Below are positions 1-12,029 of a DNA stretch of 64,000 bases, one piece after another (the first letter of the stretch is position 1; every line of letters begins with the position of its first letter). The notes beneath the pieces were generated by a model. The model was not told the origin of the DNA. It made no database searches and saw only the letters and a program-made list of their open reading frames with translations. The position numbers were made by a program, and so were the translations under genes. The stretch comes from Octopus sinensis. Lineage: Eukaryota. The stretch is from NCBI RefSeq assembly GCF_006345805.1, contig NC_043002.1, positions 2,294,001 through 2,358,000 on the forward strand. The letters run 5' to 3'.

Positions 1-45
1 TGGCTCCACAACAACTATTACAAACCAGGACAATCGTGAACTACT

Positions 46-207
46 TTTTGATCATGTGACTGCCATCAGCCACCCATATTGTTCTTCAAGAGAAAGCAAT
101 TCTAAGCCACCTTTTTTTAGAAAGAATAAACAGAAGCAGCTTTTGATCATGTGACTGGCAGCAACCAACCACATCGTTTTTTAAAAAGAAGCCAATTTTG
201 AGGCACC
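46..207. repeat. Diverged direct repeat, two ~66-bp copies about 96 bp apart
   Basis: ttttgatcatgtgactg...aag(c/a)caatt(c/t)t(a/g)ag(c/g)cacc occurs at ~46-112 and ~142-207. Confidence 0.6.
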
Positions 208-226
208 ACATCCATATAAAATAGTA

Positions 227-381
227 ATAGGCGCATGAGTGGCTGTGTTGGTTCTGGGTTCAGTACCACCGCGTGGCACCTTGGACAAGTGTCTTCTACT
301 ATAGCCTCGGGCCGACCAAAGCCTTGTGAGTGGATTTGGTAGACGGAAACTGAAAGAAGCCTGTCGTATATATGTATATAT

Positions 382-429
<48 letters not shown>

Positions 430-432
430 TGT

Positions 433-488
<56 letters not shown>

Positions 489-677
489 CCCCCCCCCCAA
501 CATCACTGGACAACCGATGCTAGTATGTTTGTGTCCCCGTAAATTAGCTGTTCGGCAAAAGAGACCGATAGAATAAGTACTAGGCTTACAACGAATAAGT
601 CCTGAGGTCGATTTGCTCGACTAAAGGCGGTACTCCAGCATGGCCGCTGTCAAATGACTGAAACAAGTAAGAGAATA
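227..677 (+). mobile_element. tRNA-derived SINE, family A (near full length, internal TA/TG microsatellite)
   Basis: Head ggcgcatgagtggctgtg...gggttcagtacc, body gcaccttggacaagtgtcttctactatagcc, tail ggcggtactccagcatggccg...actgaaac; homologous copies at 15168, 35840, 44116, 52250, 63192 and 12030-12815. Confidence 0.9.
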
Positions 678-1102
678 ACTGTCAAATTCCATCCAAATGC
701 GAAACCCTACTTCCAAATCCGAGAACTATAATAAATGCTCTGTTATTTCTCTACTCACCTTTCTTTCAATTTAAGATGCTGCAAACAATTATGGCTTCTG
801 ATCAGAGTAAGACTTAGACTTTACTGCCGAATGATTGACAAACCAGACACGTTTATTCTTCTTTTCAAAGACTGCTTTACTTCATTTGGATATATTTATG
901 TCAACTAATTTTGATCTTCTTATCATTCTAAAAACATTTTACGACCTGAACTGAATGTGTTTATGTAAATTATCTTTTGACTCATCAGAGACGATACACA
1001 AAGCCTCATACTTTACTTTTGAATATCTTTTAAATAAGTCAAACCTTTTAAAGTCAATAAATACTTCTAAATGACTCCTACATTTTCAGATTCTTTTCCT
1101 TA

Positions 1103-1297
<195 letters not shown>

Positions 1298-1298
1298 T

Positions 1299-1420
1299 TC
1301 GTAGGCTCGAAACGTAAAAGACTTTTTCTATTTCTATTCCTGAGCGCTATACTAATACATTTGTTTGTTTGTACTCCCCCTACCTTCGTCTTTTGTCTAT
1401 TTTCGTAAACCTTCCCGTTA
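1299..1420 (+). mobile_element. 3' fragment of HHR-bearing Penelope-like repeat (family of 46170-46680); retains only the 3' half of the hammerhead
   Basis: cgtaggctcgaaacgtaaaagacttt matches 46561-46586; downstream sequence homologous up to the (TA)n. Confidence 0.75.
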
Positions 1421-1422
1421 TA

Positions 1423-1462
<40 letters not shown>

Positions 1463-1467
<5 letters not shown>

Positions 1468-1642
1468 AAATCCCCAAAAACAGAAAAGCAAATACAAACA
1501 AACAACAATGCGAGGACGTGTTACATGTAAAATATTAGCAGACGTTCAGGGAAGGAAAGAAAGATGGTTTTACGTTTCGAGCAAAGCTCTTCTTCAGAAA
1601 CAGGAGACAGAAGAAGGTCCAAGAGAAAAGTAAGACGGGGTG
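1463..1642 (-). mobile_element. Penelope-like terminal repeat fragment with hammerhead (homologous to 16577-16780 and 41130-41335)
   Basis: Three diverged copies in the window, each ending in (TA)n about 100 nt downstream of an HHR motif. Confidence 0.7.
1567..1601 (-). ncRNA. Minimal type I hammerhead ribozyme motif
   Basis: Minus strand reads GUUU CUGAAGA A GAGC UUU GCUC GAAAC GUA AAAC: stem I GUUU/AAAC, intact core, stem II GAGC/GCUC, palindromic ACGU stem III, GUA triplet. Confidence 0.8.
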
Positions 1643-1644
1643 GG

Positions 1645-2275
1645 AAAATTAAGTTAATTTTGGGGCTCAAAAAGCAAATAGCAAGGCCATGTAGGGAGAC
1701 ATGGAGTTATGTACAGGGAGCAGGTTCATGCAAAGAGTGCAGGCCATTTCTGGTCAAGAGAGACTTTGAACCGAGCGGTCGTCGGCATCTTCACGATCTC
1801 GGCCGGCAGCTTGTTCCACGGATCCGCAACCCGGACGGAGAAAGCCCCTCTCCTTCGACTAAGATGAAATCATCGCAGATAGAGCTTTTCGGAATGACCC
1901 CGCAGCCGACGCTCTGGAGCAGGAGTGAAGAACAGCTCTTTCGAGAGGTTACACTTTCCGCTTATGATGTTGTGAGCAAGAATGAGATCACCACGGCATC
2001 GTCGTTTTTCTAGAGAATAAAGGTCGAGCGTCTTCAGCCTTTCTTCATAAGACAAATGCTTGAGACCAAGAACCATGCGGGTAGCCAGCTTCTGGACTCT
2101 TTCGAGATGATGTATGTCTTGAGGAGATAAGGAGATGAGGCTTGAATCCCGTACTCCAATATGGGTCTCACCAGCGTGACTTAGAGCGGTAGGAATATGG
2201 CTGCTGTGAGCATTCCGAATGACCGTCGAATCAAAAACAGAACTCCGTGTGCTTTGTTGGCAGGAGGACGGAGGA

Positions 2276-2278
<3 letters not shown>
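1645..2278 (-). mobile_element. CR1-type LINE, 3' fragment of ORF2
   Basis: ORF 1870-2412 contains LERVQKLATRMV..LKHLSYEERLKTLDLYSLEKRRCRGDLI..LRGHSEKL, the typical CR1/L2 post-RT C-terminus. Confidence 0.9.
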
Positions 2279-2353
<75 letters not shown>

Positions 2354-2385
2354 AGTAAATGAGTGAGTCTGTGTTCGTATGTGTG

Positions 2386-2850
2386 TAGGTGTCCCCCAAA
2401 ATGAACACACACTTTATTAACTGCTGATAACTCAATTTTCCTTTGCTTTTACACTGATCCGACAGTAAACAACAAAGAGAGTCAGACGAAGATTTGAGCA
2501 ACAGAGGAAATTCATCGGAATTTGCTGATGGAAATTCGAAAACGTATTCCAAGTGCAGGACTTTTCTAGCGAGAATTCCCAAGCAGATCTACCAATGTAA
2601 TTTGCCAACAATCAAGTTAGAAATTATTTGATGGAACTGTCCAAACTGTCCACAGGAAACGTTCAAGAAGACCACAGACATCGGCGAGATCCACAAATAA
2701 AAGTTGGTACCAGAAGCCCATTGCTAGAGTTGGAGACAATCATTGCAGCCAGCCATTCCTGAAATAAAAATTTCAAAATCAAGCGCCCATCAAATTTTCA
2801 GCACCGTCATTGGAAAAATTGCATTCTAAGAATATTCCATGCTCTGTCTG
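2386..2850 (+). mobile_element. Possible decayed Tc1/mariner 5' fragment (DUF4817-like N-terminus)
   Basis: Starts aggtgtcccccaaaa (resembles CAGGGTGT-type TIR); interrupted translation has VFQVQ..REFP..LSTGNV resembling a Tc1-type HTH region. Confidence 0.35.
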
Positions 2851-5800
2851 CAGATTCTATTAAAGTCTGAATATCAAATATATTTTTGTAAAATATTGTC
2901 TTTATTATCATTCAATGTGTGTACATAATTTTGTATGTGTGTCTGCGTGCACGCGCGTGTGTTTGTATGTGAGTGTGTGTGTGTGTGTGTTTGTGTCTGT
3001 GTGTGTGTATGTGTGAGTGTGTGTGAGTGTATGTGTGTGTGTGTGTTTGTACGAATCGTTTTTCTTGTCGCCATAGTCTTACTCCTTTTGCAACTATTCA
3101 TTTGTATGCCGTTACCTCATCATTTCATTACGGTGATACAAGACAGATATAAATTCCATGCATCATGCCATCCTACCAATTTTTGCATTGAATTCCTCTT
3201 ATTTTCTCCAAGATAATCTGGCGACGAATTCTACAGTGGAGTTGAAGAACAGAAAATTAATTTTTCTCCTGTCACATTAAGTTTAGTTGTAAAGAAGCAA
3301 CACTTACCAATGACTGTTCCTCTCACATTCTACGCCATCCATTCCTTTTATAGTTTAAATGAAGACTAAATCTCTATAGAAATGTGTCTCTGAATGAAAA
3401 AGTATCAATAAAATAATTTCCAAACCTGATACTGGAAGCAGAAAAAGCGTCTCACGAAGAACAAAACGATTTGTGCCACATAGGATTTCACATTTCCAAT
3501 AATATTCATGAAATAATTTTATAACCTTTTATGCCTAAAAATAATTCTCTTAAACGACGGAGTCGCTATCGATTGATGTTATTTGATAATTGGTTGTCTT
3601 GAATTCTTTAGAGATATCACTTTTATCGCCTATCTCGACCAGTATCATCTTTATTTAATAAAACTGCAAATAAGCTTCAAATACTTTATAAGTCCCTTTG
3701 ATCTCAACTCGAAAACGAAAAAAAAAGTCAAAAAGTAGTAGTAATTTGACTTTTCCTTTATAGTTTTTTTCAGTATTTTTTTTAACACGATTCTTTGCAA
3801 AACTTATTTGACACCTTGAAATATTGCTTCAGTTTATTGTATATTTGTAAATTCTATAGGATTGACACTCTCAAATATTTTTCCAGCTTAACCGAACAAG
3901 AATTAAACTAAGAGGAAGCCGAGAGAAACGAAATATATTGGACTGCAATATGTCTCTTAAGAAGAGACAAAGAATTCTCTTGTTAATTTCTTTTTCCTTT
4001 GAAGTGTTGTCATACATATTCATGTGAAATAAATTAAATCGTTGTACCTTTATTTTTAACAAGAGACATTAAATTAATATTTCCCTATCGGATTTCAAAT
4101 TCACTGAGTGAATGATTGAAATTAAGCCCTAAAGATCAACATTTTATTAATGTTCTTAAATGTAGCCATTATGTTAAGAAATTTTCATATTAACTCAAAG
4201 GCATATTAGAATGGGGTTGTAACTTCTTTTCTTTGCCTTCTCCAGGTAATTACTATGTTCACCGAAATTAAAGAATTAATTTAACTGATCATAAATTACA
4301 AAGCAAAACTGAGTAGCAGAACTGTCTGCGTCTGTGTATATTGTGTTTGCTTGGAATCAGTGATTATAAAGCGCATTGAATACACAAATGCTATCAGAGA
4401 AATTCAGGTAGACAGGAGGAAAGACAAATGTCCGGATTCATTTAATTTCTAAAAGAATCGTTTTATTTGTGGCATAGAGGGACGAAGGAAAGCATCACCG
4501 ATGATCCATGCCCCAAGATTGGTGGGAGGAAGGGAAGAATTTATTCTTGGATCGAAAACAGGGTGCCTATTCTTGCGGCAGGGTACGCGTTGTTAAAGAT
4601 ACAAAAGGATCACACGATGCGGTTAAGCTTATAATTAAAGAACAGGAGCATCTCTGCCACCAACGAGGTCCCATCAGGTTTTCTCTCCCCCTAATTTAAT
4701 TGTAAAGATTTTGGATATCTCGCAGCTCTGTAAAAGTTGCATCTAGCTCAAAATACGCGTAGGGGTATCGATCCTGATTCGACAGTTTCAGTGCTTCACT
4801 ACCAATCACCACTATTAATAGTCATTGCAGTGTTCTTGTTGGAAATACCAATTAGATATTGTAAAATTGTAGGTTTCTTTTCAATTATTTCAGAATGATA
4901 TTTGAACAACGATCGATCTTCAAGTAGTTATGAAGAACGCTATTTTAATCACAGTTTCTATATTTTAAGAGTTTGCTATATCCAGAACACAACTGGAGAT
5001 GCGGCTTATTGTTTTGAAGTTGAGTTTGACAGGAATGTATTTTCTCTAGTGGAATAATATATCAACAATACAATTACCAAAGTTCCATTTTATCGTGTCT
5101 TTTGAGTGTTTTACACTTATTTCCAAAGCTGTTATTTCTAAACATTATATAATGTGAAGTTAGATTACATTCAGCTAAAAGCTAAAATTATTTCAGCGTG
5201 TCTTTCATTTCAAGTGCGAAAAGTTCTTAATGGCTCTATAACTATTTCCTTTTCTATTTTAAATGTGACACAGTTCAGTAACAATTCTTCTGGAAGAGTG
5301 CCGTTATATTGAGGATAACTTCGAGGTGTGATTATTAAACTTAATCTTATACAACAGTATAACTGAAATATAGAGCGGGATTCAGATAGCTGCACACTGG
5401 GCGGTCCTTCTATTAAGTTTTATCGTAAATTCTTTGGAACAAAATATTAATTGATTAGATTTACACTTTTTTCCTATCAACAGACACAGTCATGTCGTTT
5501 ACAACTTACACATTTTCGTATTTTACTGGTTTCAGATATGGCAACGCCAATACACTGTCTTCCCGAATTCTAGTCCATCATATCAACCTCAGAATATCTT
5601 TTACCTTGTTCCTTAGTTTATCAAAAGTCGTTTTTCAATTGACTAACTCAACTAACCCATTCAGATTATTGCGTATTACGGACTACAGATCGTTGTTTCA
5701 GTTATTCGGGAACGGCGAACCAGATCATATCTCCATAACTTGAAATATGGCAGACACGGGAAACTATTGACTATGTTTGACTAAAAAGTATCATATCCTG

Positions 5801-6585
5801 AAAGAGCCGTCGATACTGAAGTCATCACTTTTGAAACTACAAAGTCTTCGTGCAGTTCTTTTGTGAACACATGGACTAGAAAACTACTTAACGATGATAA
5901 GTATCCAATATAGCGACAAAATCCAGCAAGTGCCACTTCAGTAATGCCATCTTCAATATTGCTCTCTCTCGTATTTCCGTTGAGGTTTCGGCAACGGACG
6001 AAGATAAATTGCATAAATATGCTTCACGTCAGAGTAACAGGTCTGAAGAGAAGAAACCATCAGCTGGGATTGAACGTGAGTCCTATTAAGAAAATATTTT
6101 TCCTGCTCAATTTGTAACTGTAAGTGGACCTACACTACTTGAATATCAACAAGAACCCCCGATGCAATAGTTAGTTGCATTTGAAACGAAATAGATGACA
6201 TATTCTGTTTTGAGGAATGAGAAAAGTCAGGTAAATAAGGATGGACTTATAGCGTTTTTTCTACAGATCTGAGTTTCAAAGAGACCATTCAATCGCTTAC
6301 GTAACGATTACCACACAACATACAAGAACTCGCAAATAGAACAGGTTAAACCTTAAAAAAAGAGCAACAGAGACAGTATTAACGCCCGAAGGTAAGATAT
6401 TCACCTCTAAAAAGCGGATGTTGCGTTAGAGTACACAAATACCGTAATATTTACCAAGAGTGAAGAAACTTGTATGATTGTATGGTGCCTAACAGCACAC
6501 CATAGCAATCACCAACGGAAGACAATCACTGCTTCTTCCGTCACTTGGGCTACAAGATCATGTGATTTTATTCTGCTCTGAGCTG

Positions 6586-6637
<52 letters not shown>

Positions 6638-7192
6638 GTGTGTGCGTGCGTGTGTGTGTGTGTAGATATATAGAGTCAACCGATGAGCTCCCGAGATGCT
6701 CAGTATAGAAAAGAGTAGCACTCAAATGTTTTGGAGTTACACTCCGAAACCTTTACTAGGGACCAAGTCCGAGGGGTAAAGAGTGGCTGGAATAGGAATC
6801 TAGGAGAGTAAATATGGAGATAATGATCCAAATAAACAAATAAAACAGTTTGGTTTGATATCCAATCTACAGGCAAAGACTGAACATTTTCAGGCGACGA
6901 ATATACATATATTAACAGAGCGAATCTACAAAGAATACAAAGTCAGAGGAGACTCTGTGTAAGTTTGCTTTGTTAATACATAAACATCTCCGTATTTGTC
7001 CTTCAATATTCATCATCTGATTATTTCCACTCTTTGGTTTCTATCTATTTACATTTATACATGTGTATATATATTCTGAACATCAAACCCAAAGCAGTTT
7101 TATTTGTTTATTCACATAATTTTCTCTCCTTCTCCCCCTCTCTCTCTCTCTCCCCTATACATATACACACACACACACAATATGTTTGTGTC

Positions 7193-7224
<32 letters not shown>

Positions 7225-7229
<5 letters not shown>

Positions 7230-7450
7230 AGTTGGGGTAAATGTTTCCAAGAAACAACTTGACTTCTCGCGATCCCAGGTCCCAGATGAAGCAATCTGGG
7301 GGCAGGAAACACAAAAGAGGGCAACAGTACTGAATCCCATCTTCACCAAAAACCAATCACAAAGGATTGGCCAATTAAAAGTTGATAACAGTGGCGGTGC
7401 CCCAGCATGGCCACAGCCTTACTGCTGAAACATATGGCAAAATGAAGAAT
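7225..7450 (+). mobile_element. SINE-like element sharing the family A 3' tail
   Basis: Ends ggcggtgccccagcatggccacagcc...ctgaaac like family A, but the body differs. Confidence 0.55.
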
Positions 7451-7467
7451 TTATATATATACAGGCA

Positions 7468-7745
7468 GATACTGGTGTCACGCAAATTGGTACCTGTGAC
7501 GGTGGCACGTAAGACCACACCGGTGTCACGCAAATGCTACCCGTGCCAGAGACACATAAAAGCACCCATTACACTCTCAGAGTGGTTGATATTAGAAAGG
7601 GCATCCGGCGGTAGAAGCCATGCCAATTCATACAGGAGTCTTTTACAGCCATTCAACTGACCAGCCCCTGCCAAACCGTCCCATGCCAGCATGGATGACG
7701 GACGCTAAATGATGAAGATGATGATGATGATGATGATAACGATGA
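7468..7745 (+). mobile_element. SINE/RTE-related 3' fragment with (GAT)n tail
   Basis: Tandem ggtgtcacgcaaa subrepeats, then gtggttgatattagaaagggcatcc...ccatgccagcatgga..ggacgctaaatgatga and a (GAT)n tail. Confidence 0.65.
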
Positions 7746-7923
7746 TACATACATACATATATACATACATATATACATATATATATCCCAAATGATAAGA
7801 AGACAAAGAAAATTGTTTAACGCATCTTTAATGATACGTTACAATTGTTTCTGTACCAACTCTACTTGCAACGCCAGTTTACGCATATATATTTATATAA
7901 TAATAATGATAATAGTAATAATA

Positions 7924-8098
7924 ATCTTTTCTACTATAGGCACAAGGCCTGAAATTCTGGAGGAGGGGATAAGTCAATTACAGTGAAAGGATGAAACGCA
8001 AATTCGAACTCGGCGGAATTTGACCTCAGAACGTAGCGACGGCCGAAGTACCGCTAAGCCTTTCGTCCAGCCTGCTAAATATTCTGCCAGCTCGCTTT
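7924..8098 (-). mobile_element. tRNA-derived SINE, family B (internally deleted)
   Basis: Reverse complement matches family B: gagctggcagaat..ttagca..gttctgaggtcaaattccgccgag..ttgcgtttcatcc. Confidence 0.85.
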
Positions 8099-8102
8099 AT
8101 TT

Positions 8103-8188
8103 AGAAGAAGAAGAAGAAGAAGAAGAAGAAGAAGAGAAGAAGAAGAAGAAGAAGAAGAAGAAGAAGAAGAAGAAGAAGAAGAAGAAGA
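8103..8188. repeat. (AAG)n microsatellite
   Basis: Direct inspection. Confidence 0.95.
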
Positions 8189-8189
8189 C

Positions 8190-8673
8190 CATAAACCCGA
8201 AGGCATCATCGGAAATGATAATACAAAGACCCTGTGGAATTTTATGATTCAGTGCGGCAATGAGATAGAAAATAGGAAACCAAACATAGTCTTAATTGAG
8301 AAAGAAAGCAAACAATGCTGGATCATAGATATATAGCATGCCCAGATGACAATAAGGTATACGATAAGGAAGAAAGAAAAGTCGAGAGAGATGACAGGTT
8401 AGCTTGGGAGGTTAAGCAATTGTGGTCGATGAAAAAGGTGGTAGTAATACAAATAATTGTCGGAGCCCTGGGAACAATGATTAAAAATCTTGAGGAGTAC
8501 ATGGAACAAATAGAGGTTGCAATAAGGGTGGAGCACTTGCAGAAAACAGTACTGCTTGGAACTGCTTGAATACTCTAGAAGGTGCTCGAAAAATAAGGGG
8601 TGTTACCTTAGTTCACTGGTAATGAACAGCTGACACCGTAGTACATCTCCAGCGTTAGAAGCTGTGCAAAAGC

Positions 8674-8710
<37 letters not shown>

Positions 8711-8720
8711 TAATAATAAT
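8190..8720 (+). mobile_element. R4/Dong-type non-LTR retrotransposon 3' end (REL endonuclease) with (AAT)n tail
   Basis: Translation LWNFMIQCGNEIENRKPNIVLIEKE..CWIIDIACPDD..IIVGALG..LQKTVLLGTA, the restriction-like endonuclease C-terminus; followed by (AAT)n. Confidence 0.85.
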
Positions 8721-8728
8721 GATGATGG

Positions 8729-8761
<33 letters not shown>

Positions 8762-8809
8762 CGACGACTGTGACGATGATGATGATGATGACGACGACGA
8801 TGACGATAA

Positions 8810-9330
8810 ATACCCTGATGCAGTAGCAGGCGGTGGCTCTCATGGCTTCTCATGTACATTGTTTTGTCTTGGTATAAAAGATGGGTGACAGTAAATTTGC
8901 TTGTCAGATTTGCTTGTCAGTTGTTTGACCTTAGCCAGGTGAACATGTCCCTTAGTGGCTGACGATATTTGCATCTCTGATCACGAGCAGAAGTAGTGGG
9001 TGAGCATCATAGCCATGTGTTGAAAGGGATTCTCTGGGGGTTTGGATAATTCACCTCTGCAAACATGGGTGTTTCGTTCAACATCCTTAAACAAAAGTTA
9101 TTGAGCAGGATGGGCTAATCAGCCTGAAGAACATTTTAACTGAGCCCTACCTGCAAGGCCATGCACTGTTTATCTTGATATAAGATCATCATGTCGTGCA
9201 CATACGGTTGTGATGGATGTGCCTGGCGTACCCTCATAAGACGAGTAGTCATGATGGGTATATTGGGCTTCGTATAATTGTACCCCAGTGCCATGCGCTG
9301 TTCTCTCACTCAATAATAATAATAATAATT
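8810..9330 (+). mobile_element. Unclassified retroposon-like repeat fragment between (GAT)n and (AAT)n
   Basis: Higher GC than flanks, ends in an (AAT)n tail; no intact ORF. Confidence 0.45.
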
Positions 9331-9833
9331 CAGATAGAAAGGGTACTTGAAAAGATATGCACCAGGTAGTGTTGGATAAACCTGAGGTCACCGCCTATGG
9401 TTTATATCAGATAGGATATTTTGGTTGTGTACACAGAGAACCGAACCCTATGAGTATTTAGCGCCTATGGGCTGATCCAAAGCACAAGTTACTTTGATTG
9501 TATGTTGTTGGTATGATCCAGGGTGTCCGACGTGTCGTAAGTCCATATTGTGTATTATAATCAAATGACAAATAACAGACGATGGACAATTGTCAGCCCA
9601 TTACAGCTGTTTCTTACGCATTCCTTAAATAGAAGAATGAGAAGAACAGTACTTCTTTGCATTTTCTTCGTAAGCCTCGACAGATTTCAGTCACGCCCCT
9701 TTTGCAATGAAGTAACGTTTTCGTTCATCTATTTAAGAAATGCGCAAGAAACAGCCGTAACGAGCTGACAATTGTCGTCTGTTATTATTCCTTTGAATGT
9801 GTATATATATATATATATATATACACTCAGAGA

Positions 9834-9880
<47 letters not shown>

Positions 9881-10269
9881 CACTCAGAGAGAGAGAGCGA
9901 GATTCTTTTCCTCGTATTTTACATATTCTTTGTAAGACTAGGAATACTACACCCAGGCAAATACTGCAAGACATTTGGAAAACTGACTGGTTAGAGAAAT
10001 GATTCATTTGTTATTACTGTATAAATTATTTCCGTATTTGAAGAATTGCAGTCTTGTTCACTCAGCTGTCGTTATTTATTTGTGCAATGCTACGAAGCTT
10101 TCCGATTGTTACAATTTCTAGTGAACCGACATTTTCAGGGAAACCGCAGATTATCAGCGTTTTTTGTTTTATTTTTTTTTGTTCAGGGAATATATAATTA
10201 ATGTGTGGAAATCGTGTATGTATCCTTGTACGTATCTATGTATGTACGTATGTATATTTGTATGTGTAT

Positions 10270-10840
10270 GTGAAGGCTTCCTTAAGAGATGCTTGCATTT
10301 CTCCTGACACATGGGAAGGCATAGCTATTGATCGTAACAGGTGGAGAAGGATTGTGCACGAGGGGACAGCCACTTTTGAGAAATCTCGAGTTGCACATGA
10401 GAAAGTAAGGAGGGATGTCAGGAAGGGCATCGCTGTTACACTTCCAGAAGGGAAGGATCTTCCTTTGATTCTGACATGCAATGTCTGTGCAAGACCCTAC
10501 CTCAGTAAAGCTGGACTCATGAGTCATCTTCGTAGTCATAAAACGAGACAGATGAGTTACAACCTGGCCCTCTGGTGGTGGTGTAACACACCATACTAAT
10601 CATATCTGTCGGGCATGTGGAAGAGAGTGTAATTCGGCAGGAGGACTTAAACGACATGCAAAGGTACATGAAGCCCAGTTACAACTACAGCCGGCTATTA
10701 GCGGTAAAGGTTTTAGTTGTCAATTCTGTACAAGACAATGTAGATCTTTGGCTGGGCTAAAAAGTCACATTCGATCACAGCACCAGTAACAGTTAAGCTT
10801 CGTGCAATGGCCATACTCGATAACGAGGGGGAAGCCATAA
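10270..10840 (+). mobile_element. RTE-clade LINE 3' end encoding three C2H2 zinc fingers
   Basis: KASLRDACISPDTWEGIAIDRNRWR (RTE C-terminal motif), then CNVCARPYLSKAGLMSHLRSH; after a +1 frameshift CRACGRECNSAGGLKRHAKVH and CQFCTRQCRSLAGLKSHIRSQH, stop at 10787-10789; short 3' UTR ggccatactcga..gaagcc. Confidence 0.85.
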
Positions 10841-11079
10841 TGTGTATGTGACCGTTTATGTATGTATGCATGTATGTAAATGCATGTGTATGTATGTGTG
10901 TATTATGTACTCATGTATTTTTGTTCTTTTTATTTGGGAGGGATTCCTTCTAGAACGTGAAGCCAGTTTCTGAGGAAGGGACAAAACTCTATCATTGCGC
11001 TTTGGATAAGAACAACAACAGTTATTAGATATCGAATTTAAGGAGATGTATATATGTCTACATACATGTATGCAAGCAT

Positions 11080-11083
<4 letters not shown>

Positions 11084-11130
<47 letters not shown>

Positions 11131-11152
11131 AATTCATGTATACATACATGTA

Positions 11153-11188
<36 letters not shown>

Positions 11189-11290
11189 TGTATGTATGTA
11201 TGTATGTATGTATGTATGTATGTATGTATGTATGTATGTGTGTGTGCGTGCGTTTGTGTGTGTGTATGCAAGAGAAAGAGAGAGAGAGAG
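11084..11290. repeat. Compound (TA)n/(TATG)n/(TG)n/(AG)n microsatellite
   Basis: Direct inspection. Confidence 0.95.
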
Positions 11291-12029
11291 TATTATGCAA
11301 GTATTTATTTTCCAATTTGTCTTCTATTGAGCATGACGGTAACTGAAATTTGCCTAAGCGCAGTACGACTTCAAGGGTAATAAATTAATAGACTTGGGCG
11401 GTATTCTGACGCTTTGTAGAAATTACAAGCCACAAAATACTTTATAGATATGGCAAAAAATGTCCTAACAACATCACGTGACTACAAACGGTTCATTCAC
11501 ATGAAAAGCTTTTACTGTTCTCAGTAAAAAAAATGTTTGAAGAATCAAACTTGTTGCATGATGCTTCAAGCTCAAGTCTAGAATCACTCGAAGAATGTCG
11601 AAAGAAAATATTATAAAAGCATTTGAAGAAATGCAAAATGATAATTGATCATGCGAGTGGCAGTTGTATCAGTGGAGATTCTAACATTGTCAATGCAAGT
11701 CTATGCAGATGATTCAATTCAAGTGGATGAGCGCCATAGAAATTTCTCTTCATGCGTTCAATTACATTTGAAGATAATGAAAAGCGTTTCTAATTTGTCC
11801 AGATGATTCTGAATAATTAAAACTTGTTTAATGATATTTTTTGCTCAGATAAATCATAGTGATTCATTAATTGCCATACGGGAATCATCTGGTGCATGAA
11901 ATCTCAAGTATTGCCAATGCATTTTTCCATGAAATGATTGAAGTGTTCAAATCTGTTGTCGAAAAATTACGAATTAATTTTTTTTCAATTAATGAAATAC
12001 ACATTGTCACATTATGTTTTGTCTTTTTT

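Noticed and set aside
1564-2013. 149-aa plus-strand ORF
   Set aside because: Antisense to the CR1 fragment and the HHR repeat; no independent coding evidence.
6674-6790. CCGAUGA...GAAAC hammerhead-like arrangement
   Set aside because: Core mutated, stem II ambiguous, and no clean NUH/stem I junction.
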